Shown here one piece after another: positions 37,036 through 51,385 of a DNA stretch of 64,000 nt. Within the stretch, counting starts at the first letter, position 1. Every line of letters begins with the position of its first letter. Under the pieces are notes generated by a model, which did not search any database, had not been told where the DNA came from, and saw nothing but the letters and a program-made list of their open reading frames with translations. A program made the translations under genes and the position numbers. Source of the DNA: Glaucostegus cemiculus (Eukaryota). Location of the stretch: NCBI GenBank assembly GCA_976551045.1, contig CDPCPM010000012.1, forward strand, positions 40,548,001 through 40,612,000, in the 5' to 3' direction.

Positions 37036-39651
37036 CCTCATTTCCAAGCCCACCATTAGACAGCAGTCTGTCTAGTCAGTCCTATTCCTCTGCTCTTTCT
37101 CCATAGCTTTGCAAATTACTTTTTCTTAAGTGCCTAACTCAATTACTTTCAAGTTAATGAGGCTCAACAATTTTCAGGACTGGGATATGTACATATTAAA
37201 AAAAAGATGTCACATAACAGAATTCAACAGCACACACTGTCGGGATGTGGGATATCACAAGGAGAAACTTCTAGATTTTCATATTTAACTGTGCATATGT
37301 AGGCTCCAGAGGTTGCTGTCAGTTTCGGTGGTAATGAGGTGAATCCTGAGAGTTTCATCGTAATTGCAACTACAGAATTGTGTATGAAATGGATTGCTGA
37401 TTCACCATTGTCCGTCTTAAATTATTGCATAAATTCAAGATTAACCTCATTTTTCTTGCTTCTGTCTGATGGTACTTCTCTGGTAGTCTGCTGGACACTT
37501 GACCTTATCCTGCTGTTCTCTGCTTCCATTGGACTGAATAGTGGCTATGGTCTGAAAGATAATTAGAGGAGGTGAATTTTAATGTTACTCATTATCTACA
37601 ACTTGAGCTCAGTTCTTTAGATTTAAAATTCATTAGCATTGCTGGAGTTGGCAAGTTGCCCACCTTTTTGATGTCTTCTCCTTTAAATAGCATTTGCAAC
37701 CTGACGAGTATTTTTGTAAAATGAAAATGCATGTACCTTTCTCTACACACAAACTCTTGCAGATCCTTAAATGACATGACAGGTTATATTTGCATTTAGA
37801 CAAAATAATATGGGGAAACCCGAACTCTGCAGCAATGAGAGTTTGAAAGTAAAATCCATTTGTTCAAGGAGCTTTTGAGCAATTGCTTGGCCACTTTCCC
37901 TTGGGAATGCAGATATTCGCTCCAGCCCTCCATGAGTTAAATCAGAGAACTTTCCCTCTCCATCAGCAAAGGGGAAAAAATAATGTTTCTTAAAAATAAA
38001 TAAGGCAGTGAAGCAGTTAACAATATTCTGTGTGAAAAAATCTTCAATATTCTTACAAAATATGACCCCCCCCCACCTTCCTTCCCCCATCTCTCTCTCT
38101 GTCTCCACCCTCAGCACTGAATAAATGAAGAGACAGAGATTTGGAGTATCGAGTTCAAAGAGCAGCTGGAATCAGCTCTTGCCTTCGGTACCGTGTTGTA
38201 ATGAGCACTGTTGTTTCCCGGCGCTCTGGTGGGCAGTGCCGTGATCGCTGCCTCTCGGGGGTCCAAGGCAGCAACCATCAATGCTGTCACGTGAATTGGC
38301 TGTTTAATGAAGGGCCGAGTGTCCACATTTGTGAGCAGAGCTGTTCTTGCCAGAAAGATAAAAAACACCATTAGTTTCCGTTGCAGCAAACAGGAGACCA
38401 ATCAAGGCACTGACAGTAAGTGGGCGAGATTTTACAATCTACTGCGAATGCTTTAAGCACTGATTATTTTTTTCCTTCAGTATTGTAATGTGTTCTCCAG
38501 TGACATTTTGTTGTAGCATCAAGCTTGTGAATGGAGAATATTGTTGATTCTCTTGCAGCTGTTATGTCTCATGTTGTTGCTTTATTGTGGTTTCATCTTG
38601 AATAAGTTCATGCTGAATTGCAAATTGCAGCTGCTAAGATTAGATTTCCAATTTTATTCTTTTTTTTGGTACTTTTGGTGGATTTGCTGTTCATCCAAGT
38701 GAAGGCTGTTAAGGAAAGAAGGACTTGCTGGCATAGCAATGCAATTTAATAGCTATGCAATTGAAAATTGTTTATTTTCAGAGTTAAGTTTGCTAACAGC
38801 CATTTTCACATCATTTTGCGTCAATTCGGAAATTCAACTGGGAACTTCCAGGATTGGCACACCTGCGTCAGGTGCACATAGGATGATATTATTCCCAGTG
38901 CAACGTTGCTTTCGAAACCTTGCAAGAGAACTTGTTCCATGCTGTCTCGATACTGACCATTGTTGGGCACTCACGGTTCAGCATGGCTTTCTTACTGCAG
39001 TGCTAGTCTGTGATCCATATTTAACTTTCATTATCTGGGTCACTATCCCAAACTGCACCAGCCTTCAGTGCACCTCAACACCCTGAACCTACAAGGCTCA
39101 GGCCCCCATTATTCAACCCTACAATCTAAAAGAGGCTCCTGATGAACAGCTTGATCTGCAACCCACACTTCCACCTTACCACAACACCAGTCTGTTCTCT
39201 GTGCAAAGCCTCCCCACTCCTCTGCTCACTGACGTAAGGAGAAAACCCTCAACGCTCCTTCCCTACTCTGTCTTAAGATGTAGGCTTCCGATATCTGTCC
39301 CCTCCTCTGACAAGGGAAGGCTCCCAAAGTCCCTCCTCATCCTCCAACGTAAGACGGAAGCCCTTGGTGGTTGATCCCAATCCCTCAAACCCTTCTGATC
39401 AAACAAATATACAGGGCTCTGATATCTCCCCACTCTCACCATATGCAGTTGATAGCACTCTGCAGCAGTGGCCACCCAGTGCACACTTTTGGGTCCACTA
39501 GATTTTCTAGGCCACCATTTCTTACTTTGCACAACTGGGCTTCAATCATTTGAGGTGAGGAATGGCATGGTTAGATGTAAACAGAGTGTTCGCCAATCTA
39601 ACTGCCAGACCTCTTCATATCAGAAGAATTATGAAGAACAAAATTCCATTT

Positions 39652-39759
39652 GTGGTTGAAGAATCCTGATGCAGGATTTCGACCTGAAACTTTGACAGTT
39701 CCTTCCCCCCACAGATGCTGCTCGACCTGCTGAATTCCTCCAGCAGATTGTTTGTTGCT
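39652..39759 (+). mobile_element. Short Penelope-like-terminus element with hammerhead-like motif
   Basis: 13-bp TSD caaaattccattt (39639-39651, 39760-39772); ctgatgc-aggatttcgacct-gaaac at 39666-39690. Confidence 0.75.
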
Positions 39760-40258
39760 CAAAATTCCATTTATGTTGCTTCTTTCACAACCTCAGAATG
39801 TTACAAAATCACTTACAGCTAGATAGTATTATTGAAATGCAGTCAGACACTACATGGAAAACAAAACGGCTTGTTTCCAAACTACAAGTTCCACCATTTA
39901 GACATTAGTTAATGGATAATTGTTGGCTGAGGGATGGGGCGGACTACTGCAGGATCCTTTACCCAGATGGGGGCCTCAACTTAGAGTTTCTTCCAAAAAA
40001 TGGCACCTGCAATAGAGCAGCACTCCTATGGTGCTGTACTGAAGAATCAAGTGGGAATGTTTGTTCTGGAGTGGGAAGATAGATGTGAGAGTGCTTCCAA
40101 TGTACCAAACCTGCTTTTTTTTTAACTTTATTCATTCATGAAAGATGTGTCATTGGCATAACCAGCATTTATTATTGCCCATTCTTAATTCTGCTGTAAG
40201 ATGACCATGAGCAACATTCCAGAATTCAGCAGCGCTTCCAGGGAGGGGTTTCCAGAGT

Positions 40259-40537
40259 TTTAAATTTTTTAAATTTAAATTTTAAATTTTTTTAATTTTA
40301 AATTTTATTTACAGTGTAGTAACAGGCCCTTTCAGCCCAATGAGTCCACGCCGCCCATTTTAACCCCCAAATTAACCTACCCGCACGTCTTTTCGAATGT
40401 GGGAGGAAACCGGAGCACCCGGAGGAAACCCACGCAGACACGGGAGAATGTACAAACTCCTTACAGACAGCGACAGGAATCGAACCCCGATCGCTGGCGC
40501 TGTAACAGCGTTGCGCTAACCGCTTCGCTATCGTGCT
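40259..40537 (-). mobile_element. Young V-SINE with (tttaaa)-type tail
   Basis: CpG-intact copy of the 2966-3196 family, inserted in an ancient LINE remnant. Confidence 0.9.
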
Positions 40538-43149
40538 ATTTGACCTGGACAATGAAGGAATAGGATAAAATGTGACTTGTAGAGGAAGTTGCAGGTGGTG
40601 GCAATGTTTGATGGCCTTGCCCTTCTGGGTGGTTAGGGTTAAAGTGAGATGATGCCTTGGCATGTTGCTGAATGGTATCTTATGGATGGTGCTGCAGTTA
40701 CTTTATGCATCGACAGAGTCCACAAATACACATGGGATATAATATGGGGCCTTTACATTAGAATGTATGTAACCAATAAACTATATAGCAGTTCACTTTG
40801 TACCCTGTCTAAACTATTTTGCCCCAAAGCTCATCACAGCTTTAATTCAGATATGGACAAGATCTGAGGCAAGATGAGAGTAGCATTTGACAGATTATTG
40901 CACCAAGGAATCCGGGGAAAACCAAGATGGAAGTGGAGAGGGGAAAGCAAAAGAATACTTTAAATAGGATGGAGTGATAACTGATGTACTAATGGCTGTG
41001 GATGTTGTGGGCTAGTGTTTTAACCCAGTAATTCGTTTTTGCTCCATTATGAAGTGTACAAATGCATACATGTTTAAATAGCCTCACAGATCTTCAATAT
41101 TCTAACCCTACTTCCCACATATTCAGTGAAGTGAAAACACTTGCAAATAATTGCCATGGAGTGATAAATAGTTTTGCATCATTAAGAGCAGGCAAGTCCC
41201 CCCAGCTGGGAAGTGAATATAAATACCAACCTTTCACTAACAGCATTACTCCCATAGCAGATATATCCAGGGTCAAAATGACATCAAAGAACTACACTGT
41301 TTCAACAAACAAGCTTCCTCGGTCTCAGGAGAAAACACTCCCAGACACCAGTGCCACATCTATTTTGCCCACGTCACTCGTCCTCAAAGCTTGACTGAAT
41401 AATATGCTTGGTTAGTGTCATAATTGCCAGTGGTGTGCCCATAGGGATCTGGATTTCATCAGTCAGCATTTCACCTCATACATTTTTAAGCAATGCAGCA
41501 GTGGCGGGATTTCCTTTTCTTGTTTCTCTATTTATGATACTAATTATTGAGTGAGAATGAGCTGGACATGGCCAGTGCCCTGTGTTTGCCTCCACAGGAT
41601 CCCCATGGTCACATTTACCTATTGTGGCTGCATAGCTCCCAACATCCTTGAGGTCTCGCTGGAATGGCCACTCTGTGAGGTGGAACTGTCCCTGAGGGAT
41701 GATTGGGCCTCAGGAAGCAGCAACTGAGCACCACGTGATGACTTCTGACTGCTCTTGCCAAAAGGATGCCATTTCCACTATTTCTAATAGTCTTTGATGA
41801 TCATTTAGAAATAGCATTAGTATATTTTTTTAAATATCAATTATCTAAAGAATAGTACATTATCTTAAAACATATTCAACTTTTTTAAGTTAATTCAAAC
41901 ACTAATTTTATTTTAAACTAGAGTAAAAAAAAAATGTAGCTTCACCAAACTTTGTACTGAAGGTTGGCAACTCTATTCAAAGGAGTGGAGCCATTAGCTG
42001 TGCCTAAAAGCAAGCAGCCAGATATGGAGACTATCTGGCCCCTTGGCGCAGTAAGTTTAGGAACCACTGTGGATTCTGAACTCAGTCCAGGAACAGAGTA
42101 CACACAGGTTTACCTGTTGTGGCTACACAGCTCCCAACATCCTTCGTTAAGTACACATAAAATGGAAAAGGAGGAACAGGACAGATTAATGGAGGACAGA
42201 ATTGGTCAGGGGATAAATAGAATTACAGAACAGGTGTGCGAATGGATGCTTAAAAATAAAGCAGAAGAAACAGATGTTAAATAGTACTGAATTAACTACA
42301 CAGCGAGCACATACTAGAAATCGCTTTACTCTTTTAATGGTGTTAAAACAGCATCAGAGGAGTTTTGCTGCTTTTGCATGGATACTGCAATGATGGGAAG
42401 AGGGTGGGTCAGTGCACCTTGAAGTAGAGAGAAACCTAGACAAATAGCTGAAGAACAGTGACTGCAGGAGGCATATCCCTTACATGTTGGACCACATAGA
42501 CCTTCCAGCCAAGCATTCTTGATAAGGGATTGCCTGAGAGATCTCTGAAAGGAAATGCCTGCACTTTGGGGAAGCCTATGCCCATGGCTTACCTGTTTTT
42601 TTCCTGTGGGCTGAAGAAAGAGTAGATGAATTCTTTTCTCCTTGTGTGTGGACTTTACATGACTTCCCTAATGAGCAGAATCTCTGAAATCTGGCAGAGA
42701 ACAGCAGTGGTATGGGGTGGTCTTGAGGCTTGGGAGTTGACCTTGTCCAAGACTCAGGCACACATAGAAGGTAACATGAGGTTACAGACTTCATGGAGTT
42801 TGACCCTTTCAAATTAGCATGGCTCTAGAGGAAACAAGTTGAGATAAATCTGATCATTTTGTGATTAAATAAAAATACTTATTTTCAGACAAGTGAGGTT
42901 GAAAGTCACACTTGAGGACACATTTTACATATTGCAGTGCTGTTGTCATTTGCAGGAGTTTTAAGCTTGAAAAGAGATGAAAGGCCGATCAAAATTCCTG
43001 CCAAAAAATCAGAAAGTAGACACTAGGAAACGCGGAGATACGCAAAAAATTACCTGATGCCAGGTTAAGCCAATTTTCAACTGAAAATTTCTTTTGGAAG
43101 AATGTGAAAAAATTTCAAGCCCACAGTGTTCATAAGAGAACAGGTTTAT

Positions 43150-43470
43150 CAGAGGTAATATTGTGCTATGCATAATCTGATCTATGAAGGTTACTGAGAT
43201 ATAGTTACAGAAAATATAGGATTAGAAATTAGATATTATAGAATATAGCACATTTCGAAAAGACAGAGGAAAGAGGAGCTGCAATATATATTAGAAATAA
43301 CATAAAATCGGTGGAAAAAGATGACATGACTATCGGCAAGAAAGAAGTAGAATATATATGGATCATGCTGAGAGATAACTAAGAATCAGTTGTGCTAATA
43401 GGTTAGTTCACTAACAAAAAGTGAACTGAGGAATAAAAATGTAAAAAAAGGGAAATGTGTAAAGATAAGG
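43150..43470 (+). mobile_element. Very old CR1 endonuclease remnant
   Basis: Decayed VTE and FRKDR..GAAIYIR motifs. Confidence 0.4.
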
Positions 43471-43899
43471 GGTAGAAGAGTCCTCTGTTACATGCACTGA
43501 ACATTTGATGTATTAATATACGCATTTCTACTCAGTTTATAACTCCAAAGTGCATGATTGACATTATGAAATACATTGTAACGCACACAGTTTCATTGGT
43601 GTTAAGAAAATGAAGGCTTTTTATTAATAGTTCATCATAGTTGATTTGTCAGTTGAAAGTAAAAAAACAATTGTTCTACTTCGTTGGTGTGCATCTCTGA
43701 ACGACTCTCACTTTCCTGCTGATTGCAACATACAAAGTAACTATTTTTACCTATGTTGGTTCTGAGCCTTGTGGTGGCCTTTGTGCCACCACAAGATGTT
43801 CACTTCAATCTTCTGCTCCAGTGCTTTGCTGCATTTATATTGCAATATTTGGTTCACTAGCTGACCCTTGGCTAAATAGGCACATGTACATCCTTAATG

Positions 43900-45650
43900 T
43901 CTAATATCCCAATGGTCAGCATTGCAAATCTCTGATTTTTGAATAATGGCCTGAATATTCACTTTATATCACAGAAGGTACATTCTTCATTGGCATTGAT
44001 ACCACATTCCCATGCACTGCTATGCAAATTTACTACAGAAATTGGCTGTGTATCTCTTGATCTTTTCCTGATCTTTGTAGAGGCATCCTTTGCATGCCCT
44101 GATCCAGCTTCTGGCTTACCTCCTTCCAGGAAGGGTTTAACATTTTAATCTTCTTTCAGCTCAAGCATCACACTGGTCTCCACTGTCATTAAATTCCTTC
44201 TACTGTGGTGTTGATGGATCACTACCTGAATACCACACCCACCCTGGTAGAAAATGTTGCCCGTTTTCACTTACTCTCTCATCCCCCGGGTATAGTTACT
44301 CTTGTTGTCCGAGGTAATGGTGTGGTAGCCATTAATCTCTCATTTTCCATGGCAGGTTTGCTGGATCGGCAGCCTGTAATCCTGGTTTGTGCCCAAACTG
44401 GAGACTTGGTCTCCCAAGCCCACTTGTCTAGTAATCTGTTTGGCGGGGCCAATGCACCCAAAGTATGGGTGACTTCTGCATTCCTTCACTGTGCGACACT
44501 GTGACTTTTTCAAAACACAACCCCTCAATCTAAGTAACTCAGTCCAGTATATACTCATGATTGCTGCTGCACACTCATGACCCAGAACCGTGATAGAGAA
44601 CTGGACACATGGGCCCACTGGCAGCCCTTAAGTTCAGCTCCCTCATAATTCTGGCATTCCTCCTCTATAGGTACCCAGCACAGTTGTGTTCTGCCTCAAC
44701 AGATTGAGGTATTTCAGATACACGTCCCAGTGTGCAATAGGCTGACTTGCCATAGTATCAATGTGTATTCTTATCAATGCTTTCTAACTCAATAAGGTGG
44801 CCTTAAATATATAATCTGTTTCATCCTGCCTCAGTATATAACAGATTCCACTGAGTGTTCCCACTTTCACCTCCTTATTATCTGATTTTACCATGTACAA
44901 GTTATCTCAGCAGAATTGTTCCATACACTTGGCATATTGTGTTAAGGCAGTTGGAGGTCACTGTCTTTAGCCACAAATACTTTCTTAAGGAACCTGTACC
45001 AATGCAATATACCCTACTTGTGTGACACTTAAAGCACTGAGTCATCTTGAATGTAGATGCATCCAATTCCCAATCATGGACACGGGCCAGCAGTGTGCAG
45101 GACCAGCAGTCATGGGCGTTGACTGGACTGAATCTTGAATAATCAGTCTGAGGCTAGGTGCCTCCCACGATATCTCTGGGAATTCTTCTTGCACCAACAT
45201 GGCCTACAGCTTTCCTGACCTTATGCACTCCTTCACTTGTTGGTTCCCTGCTGCATCTATTTGTTGGATTCATGAGCCCTATTACCATCTATGTGGGTTT
45301 ATTCCCTGCCCATCACTCAGAGATGTGTGCTGAGTGAAACTCTCTCATGTTTTTAAGTGCACCAGCAGCTGTTCTGCACATTCCTCAAGCATTGTCCAGA
45401 AGGTTGAACTGTTTCATCTGAATGCTTACATTTACCAATCTACGTACTACACTAGTTTTCAGACTCAGTGACCTCATGATGCCCAGGCTAAAATGATCTG
45501 GATATTATACTTTTTTGCTGTGACTTTAGCCTGATTACGTAATTGTCAGCTGATTCCTCTGTATCGGGTTGCTTATAACAACATTATAGTTCTCACAATG
45601 GCTGAAGGTGCCAGTTCATTGACCCGATAAGGTTTCAAAATGTCCTTTGA
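43900..45650 (-). mobile_element. Degenerate Gypsy-like LTR retrotransposon (gag zinc knuckle plus protease)
   Basis: Minus strand CFKCH..VGYIA at about 45000-45040 (one frameshift), then IRIHIDTMASQ at about 44741-44775; boundaries uncertain. Confidence 0.45.
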
Positions 45651-45719
45651 ACCTTGTCCGTGGTTCATTGTGCTAAAAGACTCTCCAATGACTCTTATGG
45701 ATCTAGCCCTAGCACCAAT

Positions 45720-46440
45720 GTTATCTTCTTATGGAAGACAGAGCTTCTCTGTTCTCTGCCCGAATCCAAGGGAATGAAGCTGGGCAGGAGAATGAAGTGT
45801 CAGTGGGTGTTCACCTTGGGGATTGTGACCATAAATCAGTGCAATTCAAAGTAGTTATGGAGAGGGAGCAGGATGTTCTGGAAGTTAAGTATTTGAATTG
45901 GGGGAAGGTCATTTCCAACAGGACCTGACAAATACCGACTGTGTATACGTACTTGAAGGTAAATCTACATTTGGGAAGTGGGAGTCTTTTTAAAACGAAA
46001 TTTTGAGAGTTCAGAGCCAATGTGTTCTCATAAGGGTGAAGGGTAAGGATGGTAAGTCCAGGGAATCTTGGACGTCAAGGGATATTGAAGGTTGTTAAAG
46101 AAAACGGAGGAAGTATCTGGTAGGTACAGAGTACTGAAGAGGGGGAAAGCCCTTCAGAAGTATAGAGAATGTAGGAGAGGTGGTTAGGAGGGCAAAGAAA
46201 GGCTATAAAGTGTCACTGACAGATAAAATTGATGAAAATCCCAAAGCATTTTATAAAAATATTAAAAGCGAGGGTAACTGGGGAAAAAGTAGGGCCCACT
46301 AAGGACCAAAGAGGCAATCTGTGCATGGAACCAGGTGAGGTCTTAAATGAATACACTTCATCTCTATTCATTAAGGAGAAAGAGACATTTGGGATGCTAA
46401 AACTCTGGGCACATTAAGATTAAGAAGGAGGAGGTATAAT
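45720..46440 (+). mobile_element. CR1 EN-RT linker fragment
   Basis: VSVGVHLGDCDHKSVQFKVVMER and ENPKAFY..VLNEY segments. Confidence 0.75.
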
Positions 46441-49400
46441 GCATTTTGTTGAAGGCAGTGAAGTCCCAACTCATGGCTGCCTGGATACAACAATGTATTA
46501 AATGTCATGGCATACCCTGTCCTGACAGGCACACAAACACTCAGATACAGTACAACATTTTGACCTTTGGCCTATCAAAGCTGATATTCAGAAACATTTA
46601 AAAACTATTAAAATTGTTTTAAATTATTAAAAATGTCTTCAAAGTAGGTTATTTATGATTAATAGATATATAAAATAAATAAGTAAAACTAAGTTACAAC
46701 TTTTATCACTTGATTTTCATGGCAAGAATCCCCATTCATGTGCGTGGGGACCCTGGTCCTGTGGGGGATGGTGGGGGTGGGAGGGATTCTCACTGGCGAG
46801 AGTGCATAGAGTTGACATTTATCACTCATCGCACCCCAGCTGTAAAGTGACTCAAGGCGACCCGTTCACTTATTCACCTGAGAGAGGCTGAATGTCGCCA
46901 CTTTCTCTCAGCCACGAGCGCAATTCGTCTGTTTTGTCTTTTCCATGTAATTACAAAGAGATTCTGTCTTTACTTCAAACCATAACATTTCTGGTATTTA
47001 AGGATCTATGGTGTTCAGAGGAAATATTCTTTCAATCCATTTGGTTTGTTTTAAATTCTGTGGTCCTGGAAATGTCTATTCAATATTTTATGGTTTCCTG
47101 TGTGGTTTGGTCCACGTCAAAGAGCTTGGTGGTACATAAGAGGGTAGGATAATAAAACCAAATCTTCTCCAATTAACAGGGATTATATCATGCAATGTGG
47201 AGCTGAGTGGAGTGAACTACAGACAAAAATTAGAGAACTACATTGAATTTGCAGCAAAGTAACAAGCTATCTGGTTTATGCTCTTCACAATCCTGCTCCC
47301 ATTCTACTTTATCTAACCCCAACCACATGCTCCTTTCCTTTCACTAATATTTACCAACCTGGCCTTGACTTACATGTGTTTTTATCCATACTCAACCCTG
47401 TGTTATGGCAAGCTCTGCTTTTGCACAACTGGTTAAAGAGATTTTCCCTGAAATCTGTACTGGATTTATTAGTCATCATTTTATGTTTATCCACACTGTT
47501 TTAAAGCAAACACTGGGGGAATTACATTGCTATGCATAATATTCAAGAAAGAGTCTCAGATGGCATTGCAGTATGCTTAACTCGATCTTTACTGTGCTGT
47601 CATGGGTCATCAGTATTTCAGTCTCACACCCACACAGTTGCATATTTTCCATTCACTTCATCGCCCTGCTGTTGGTGTGGAGGTGTTTGGAACAGGAAAT
47701 TGCAAGTGTGAAAAAGTGATGAGTGGAGCAAATTGGTAGGAAATAATTACTCCGCAATTTCAACTGAGAAGGCTCAACATTTCTAAGTGACATGTTCAAA
47801 AATCATAGTAACTTTAATGCAGTGTAATTATATTTTAGAGATTTATAGTACATTACATCTGTCAAAAAAGTAGTTTTAAATTCAACTACAGAAGATGAGA
47901 TTAAAAAAAACTTTTGTTCTTTCTTCCCAATGATGTTAGGACCCAGATCAGTTAATTTATATTATACCATCTAATAAGGGGAAAGCAAGACAATAGTCTT
48001 AAGGTGAAATGAGAGTTGGAAAGTAAATAGAATGGAATGAGCAATTTTATTGACTGGATGTCTTCCTCTAATGTTTCATCTGTCTCTTCTGTGCCTCACT
48101 CTGTCCATTCATTCCTTTCACATGGAAGGGAAATGGTCAATGGTGTGATGGGACTGCTCATAAGTTCAATTCATAACTTCCACCAAACAGCCACGAAAAC
48201 CAAAACAATATTTGATAGCTTCAAAGTCCTGATGCCTGCTTTTGGACAGATCAATTAGTGTCTATGTTAATAACTGCTCTGGCAGATTGCAGCTTGCCAT
48301 CAATGAAATAACTTGATGGTGAACCCATGGTCTCCATTTCTCTTATTGGCTCTTATTCCCCTTTCTTCCCCTTCCCTCAGCACGAGAATAATAAATGGTT
48401 GATGACATGAGCTCAGAGTTTTCTCGAAGACCAGTGGCCAAATTATGAACTGCCAGCCATTGTGTAGCACACAATTTTGCTAACTCAGTTCCACATTCTA
48501 AGTGGTCTGAACACCATTTTTGCCTGTGCGGTAACACCCAAGTAGACAATGATATCAGTCAGTGTGAAATGTTGATTTGCAGCCATCATTGCCATTTTGG
48601 AAGTTAGTTGTGTAATTCATAGAATCTTGCACAGCTGGATTTGTACAGAGTGAGGCTCTCTGGCATTGATCAACAGCCCCCTTCAGATTGGTTAGTGATT
48701 ACCTTCAGCTGGCTGCATTGTCGATTCTATGTCTTGGCTACTTTCCTGATTTCTTCAATGTTTGTGAAACTGAAGAGTGAGTGGTTAAGCAGGAGCTGAA
48801 GGATTTGACTTAAACATTTCTTTATTAACTACTTGATCCAAGAGAAGTGCATTAGTAAACATTCCTGTCGTAACATAAGCAGAGGGTATATCAAGCTTGG
48901 AAATGGGAAAAGAAAAGGGGAGAGGTTCTCCCCAGTAGTCATGTCTGGCCAGGTTGTTAAGGGACCAGTTCTCCCACTTGGACCTAAGTCAGGAACAGTG
49001 TGCACTTCACACTGAAACTTGCTACCTTCTGCATAGACAACTACATCCTCAGAGCAGGGCAAGAACTGCATTGTCAGTGGCTGGTATTGTCACTGTGGCC
49101 CTAAACTTTGCTGCACTGTGTTATTTCCAGGCTAGAGTTGGAATATTTACAACATCCACTGTTCTTCAAGGGCAGTTGCTTACACTCCCTTTCCAAAGTG
49201 AACCAAGTAGCTTTCATCCCCACTTGCCATAGGGCAGTGTTTGGAATAAGCATCAGACTTTCTGTAGTCATCAGCTTCCCCATGGTTTAGCCTGTCACTG
49301 ATTGTATCATATCTCTTTGTGGGCACTGTATCTCAAGTAAGAGTGGTATAGATTTCATTCCCCCATAATCATAGCTAACACACTACGGAGGTCAGTGCCT

Positions 49401-51099
49401 AGTTTTCTGGCAATTGTTGCTCTGTCTGCATTCTTGACAAATCAAATCATGGCCAGTGGGCAGCACAAGTTTTTGGCTTGTGGATCTGGTTCACAACCTG
49501 CAACCTTGTGGGCAGCATGTATACAACAAAAGCCATGATATCACACAAAATGTCAGTTGTTGGCACATTTGAGACAATGCTGCTACTCGGACTGCTCTGG
49601 AAGCGTCCAGCACTACGTGGTACAATAACTGGCAGTGTATGAAAACTATAAGCAATTGGCATGTGGTTTGAAGCAGTGTGTGAGAGTGAAGTCAACCAAC
49701 GCATATTACATTTGTCCTGGTTTATTGAGACTTTTGGTAGGTAAGTGATGAGTTGTAGTACATTGGAATGTGGCATCTGATGAACCATTTACCTGCTCAT
49801 TGATTTTCCTGCACCAGTACATCCTGGACCTTGTCTCTTCACCCCTGACATGGCCATCTGGTCTCACCACCCTTGAAGAGTATATCAGAAAAGCCTCAGG
49901 CTCCCTGTAAATAGAACAGATTTGTCCTTCACTTTCTGCATCAAGGCCTGCAGTTGAACCATGCTTCTGCCATGTTGTTCTGGCCTTAACTGTGTGCTGG
50001 GTCAGAATGTGTTCCAGCACACCTGGCAACACCAGCTTCACACACAATGCATCTCCACTTTTACAGGTCTAGGTTGGCTGTATTGGCTGTATGCAGGCTA
50101 ATTGCTGCTGGCCACTTGTAAATTTTTACCCTGCTGAGGCATGTAGCCAGTGAAAGCAAACTTAACGTTGGTTACATGAAGCCACCAAGTAGCAGGAAGC
50201 ATGCAGTTTCTGCAGCTGCAAGATTTTTATTATTTTGTAAAATATGCATTGACTTTATGCCTTTGATCTGTTATGGGCTTTACTCATTAATTTTTCCAGC
50301 ATAATACTCTTCATCCAATTTTCTTATTGCTTTGTCAACTTCCACCTGCCATGATGACTTAATAGGTTTTAGCAACTAAATGGTGCAGGCCACGATTTTT
50401 CAAAATCATTGAAAATACTTGCTGCAAAGAAACCAACCATTTTCCACTTATTTTTCTGAATATCCAAAATAATATGGAGAACATTAAGAAATGAAACATT
50501 AGAAATTCCATGAAAAACATCATTGAATATAGCCAGTGAACTGACTCACATCTTTTAGTGATTTCTTTAATCTTTTTATTTAAAGGCCTCAAGTGCATGC
50601 TGAAAGCCTGAGATTGATGTTTTTGCCCTGAGTTGTCTGGCTGAATGCAGATGGTGCAGTCTGAGTTTGTTTCTTGATGTAATGCCCAAAATTGTACAAC
50701 TGCCCCTACTGTTGTAAAACAATGTATTCACAGACTGACTGCATATTACTGTAAAAGACCTACCAGTGACTACTGAAAGAATGAGGCATATCGTAAATCT
50801 GTTCAAATACATAGGGCTGTGTTTATTTTTAGGAATGAGATTCATGAAAATTCATCACTTTTTTTTAGAACAAAAGCCCCAGTCCAAACAAATTAATGTT
50901 AAATCCTGGATTTTCTTGCTGGCTTCATCTTTATCAAATGATCGTGAACTATCCTGACACCGGTTGACATTAATTGCGTAAATTTGAATGAACTCTCAGA
51001 CAACGATTCAATTAGGTTTTTACGACAGCTCTGGTTGTTGAATAGCTTTGAATATGTATCAGCCAGTCAGGTGGGCATCCTGGAATAAGAGGAGAGGAC

Positions 51100-51385
51100 G
51101 CAGAAGGAGGTCATTCAGCCTATCAAGCCTAAGTATCCCATTCTCCCACTTACTTCCTTGCAGTGTATTCTTTCTCACATAACCATGACATTCCCCCTTA
51201 TTCTCTTGCCATCCATCTACCCTATAGGCAATTTACAGAAGTGAATTAACCTACCATCCTGCTCATTTTTATGGTGTTGGAGGAAAACGGTATGCCCAGG
51301 ACCCACAGTCACTGGGAGAACATGCAAATTCCACACAGGCAGCACCTGAGGTCAGGATCACACTTGGGCCTCTGGAGCTGTGCAG
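51100..51385 (-). mobile_element. Older V-SINE
   Basis: gggagaacatgcaaattccacacaggcagcacctgaggtcaggatc. Confidence 0.65.

Noticed and set aside
38141-38374. Cys-rich 77-aa ORF as a metal-binding peptide
   Set aside because: No recognisable Cys spacing; listed start is TTG; better treated as part of the candidate regulatory block.
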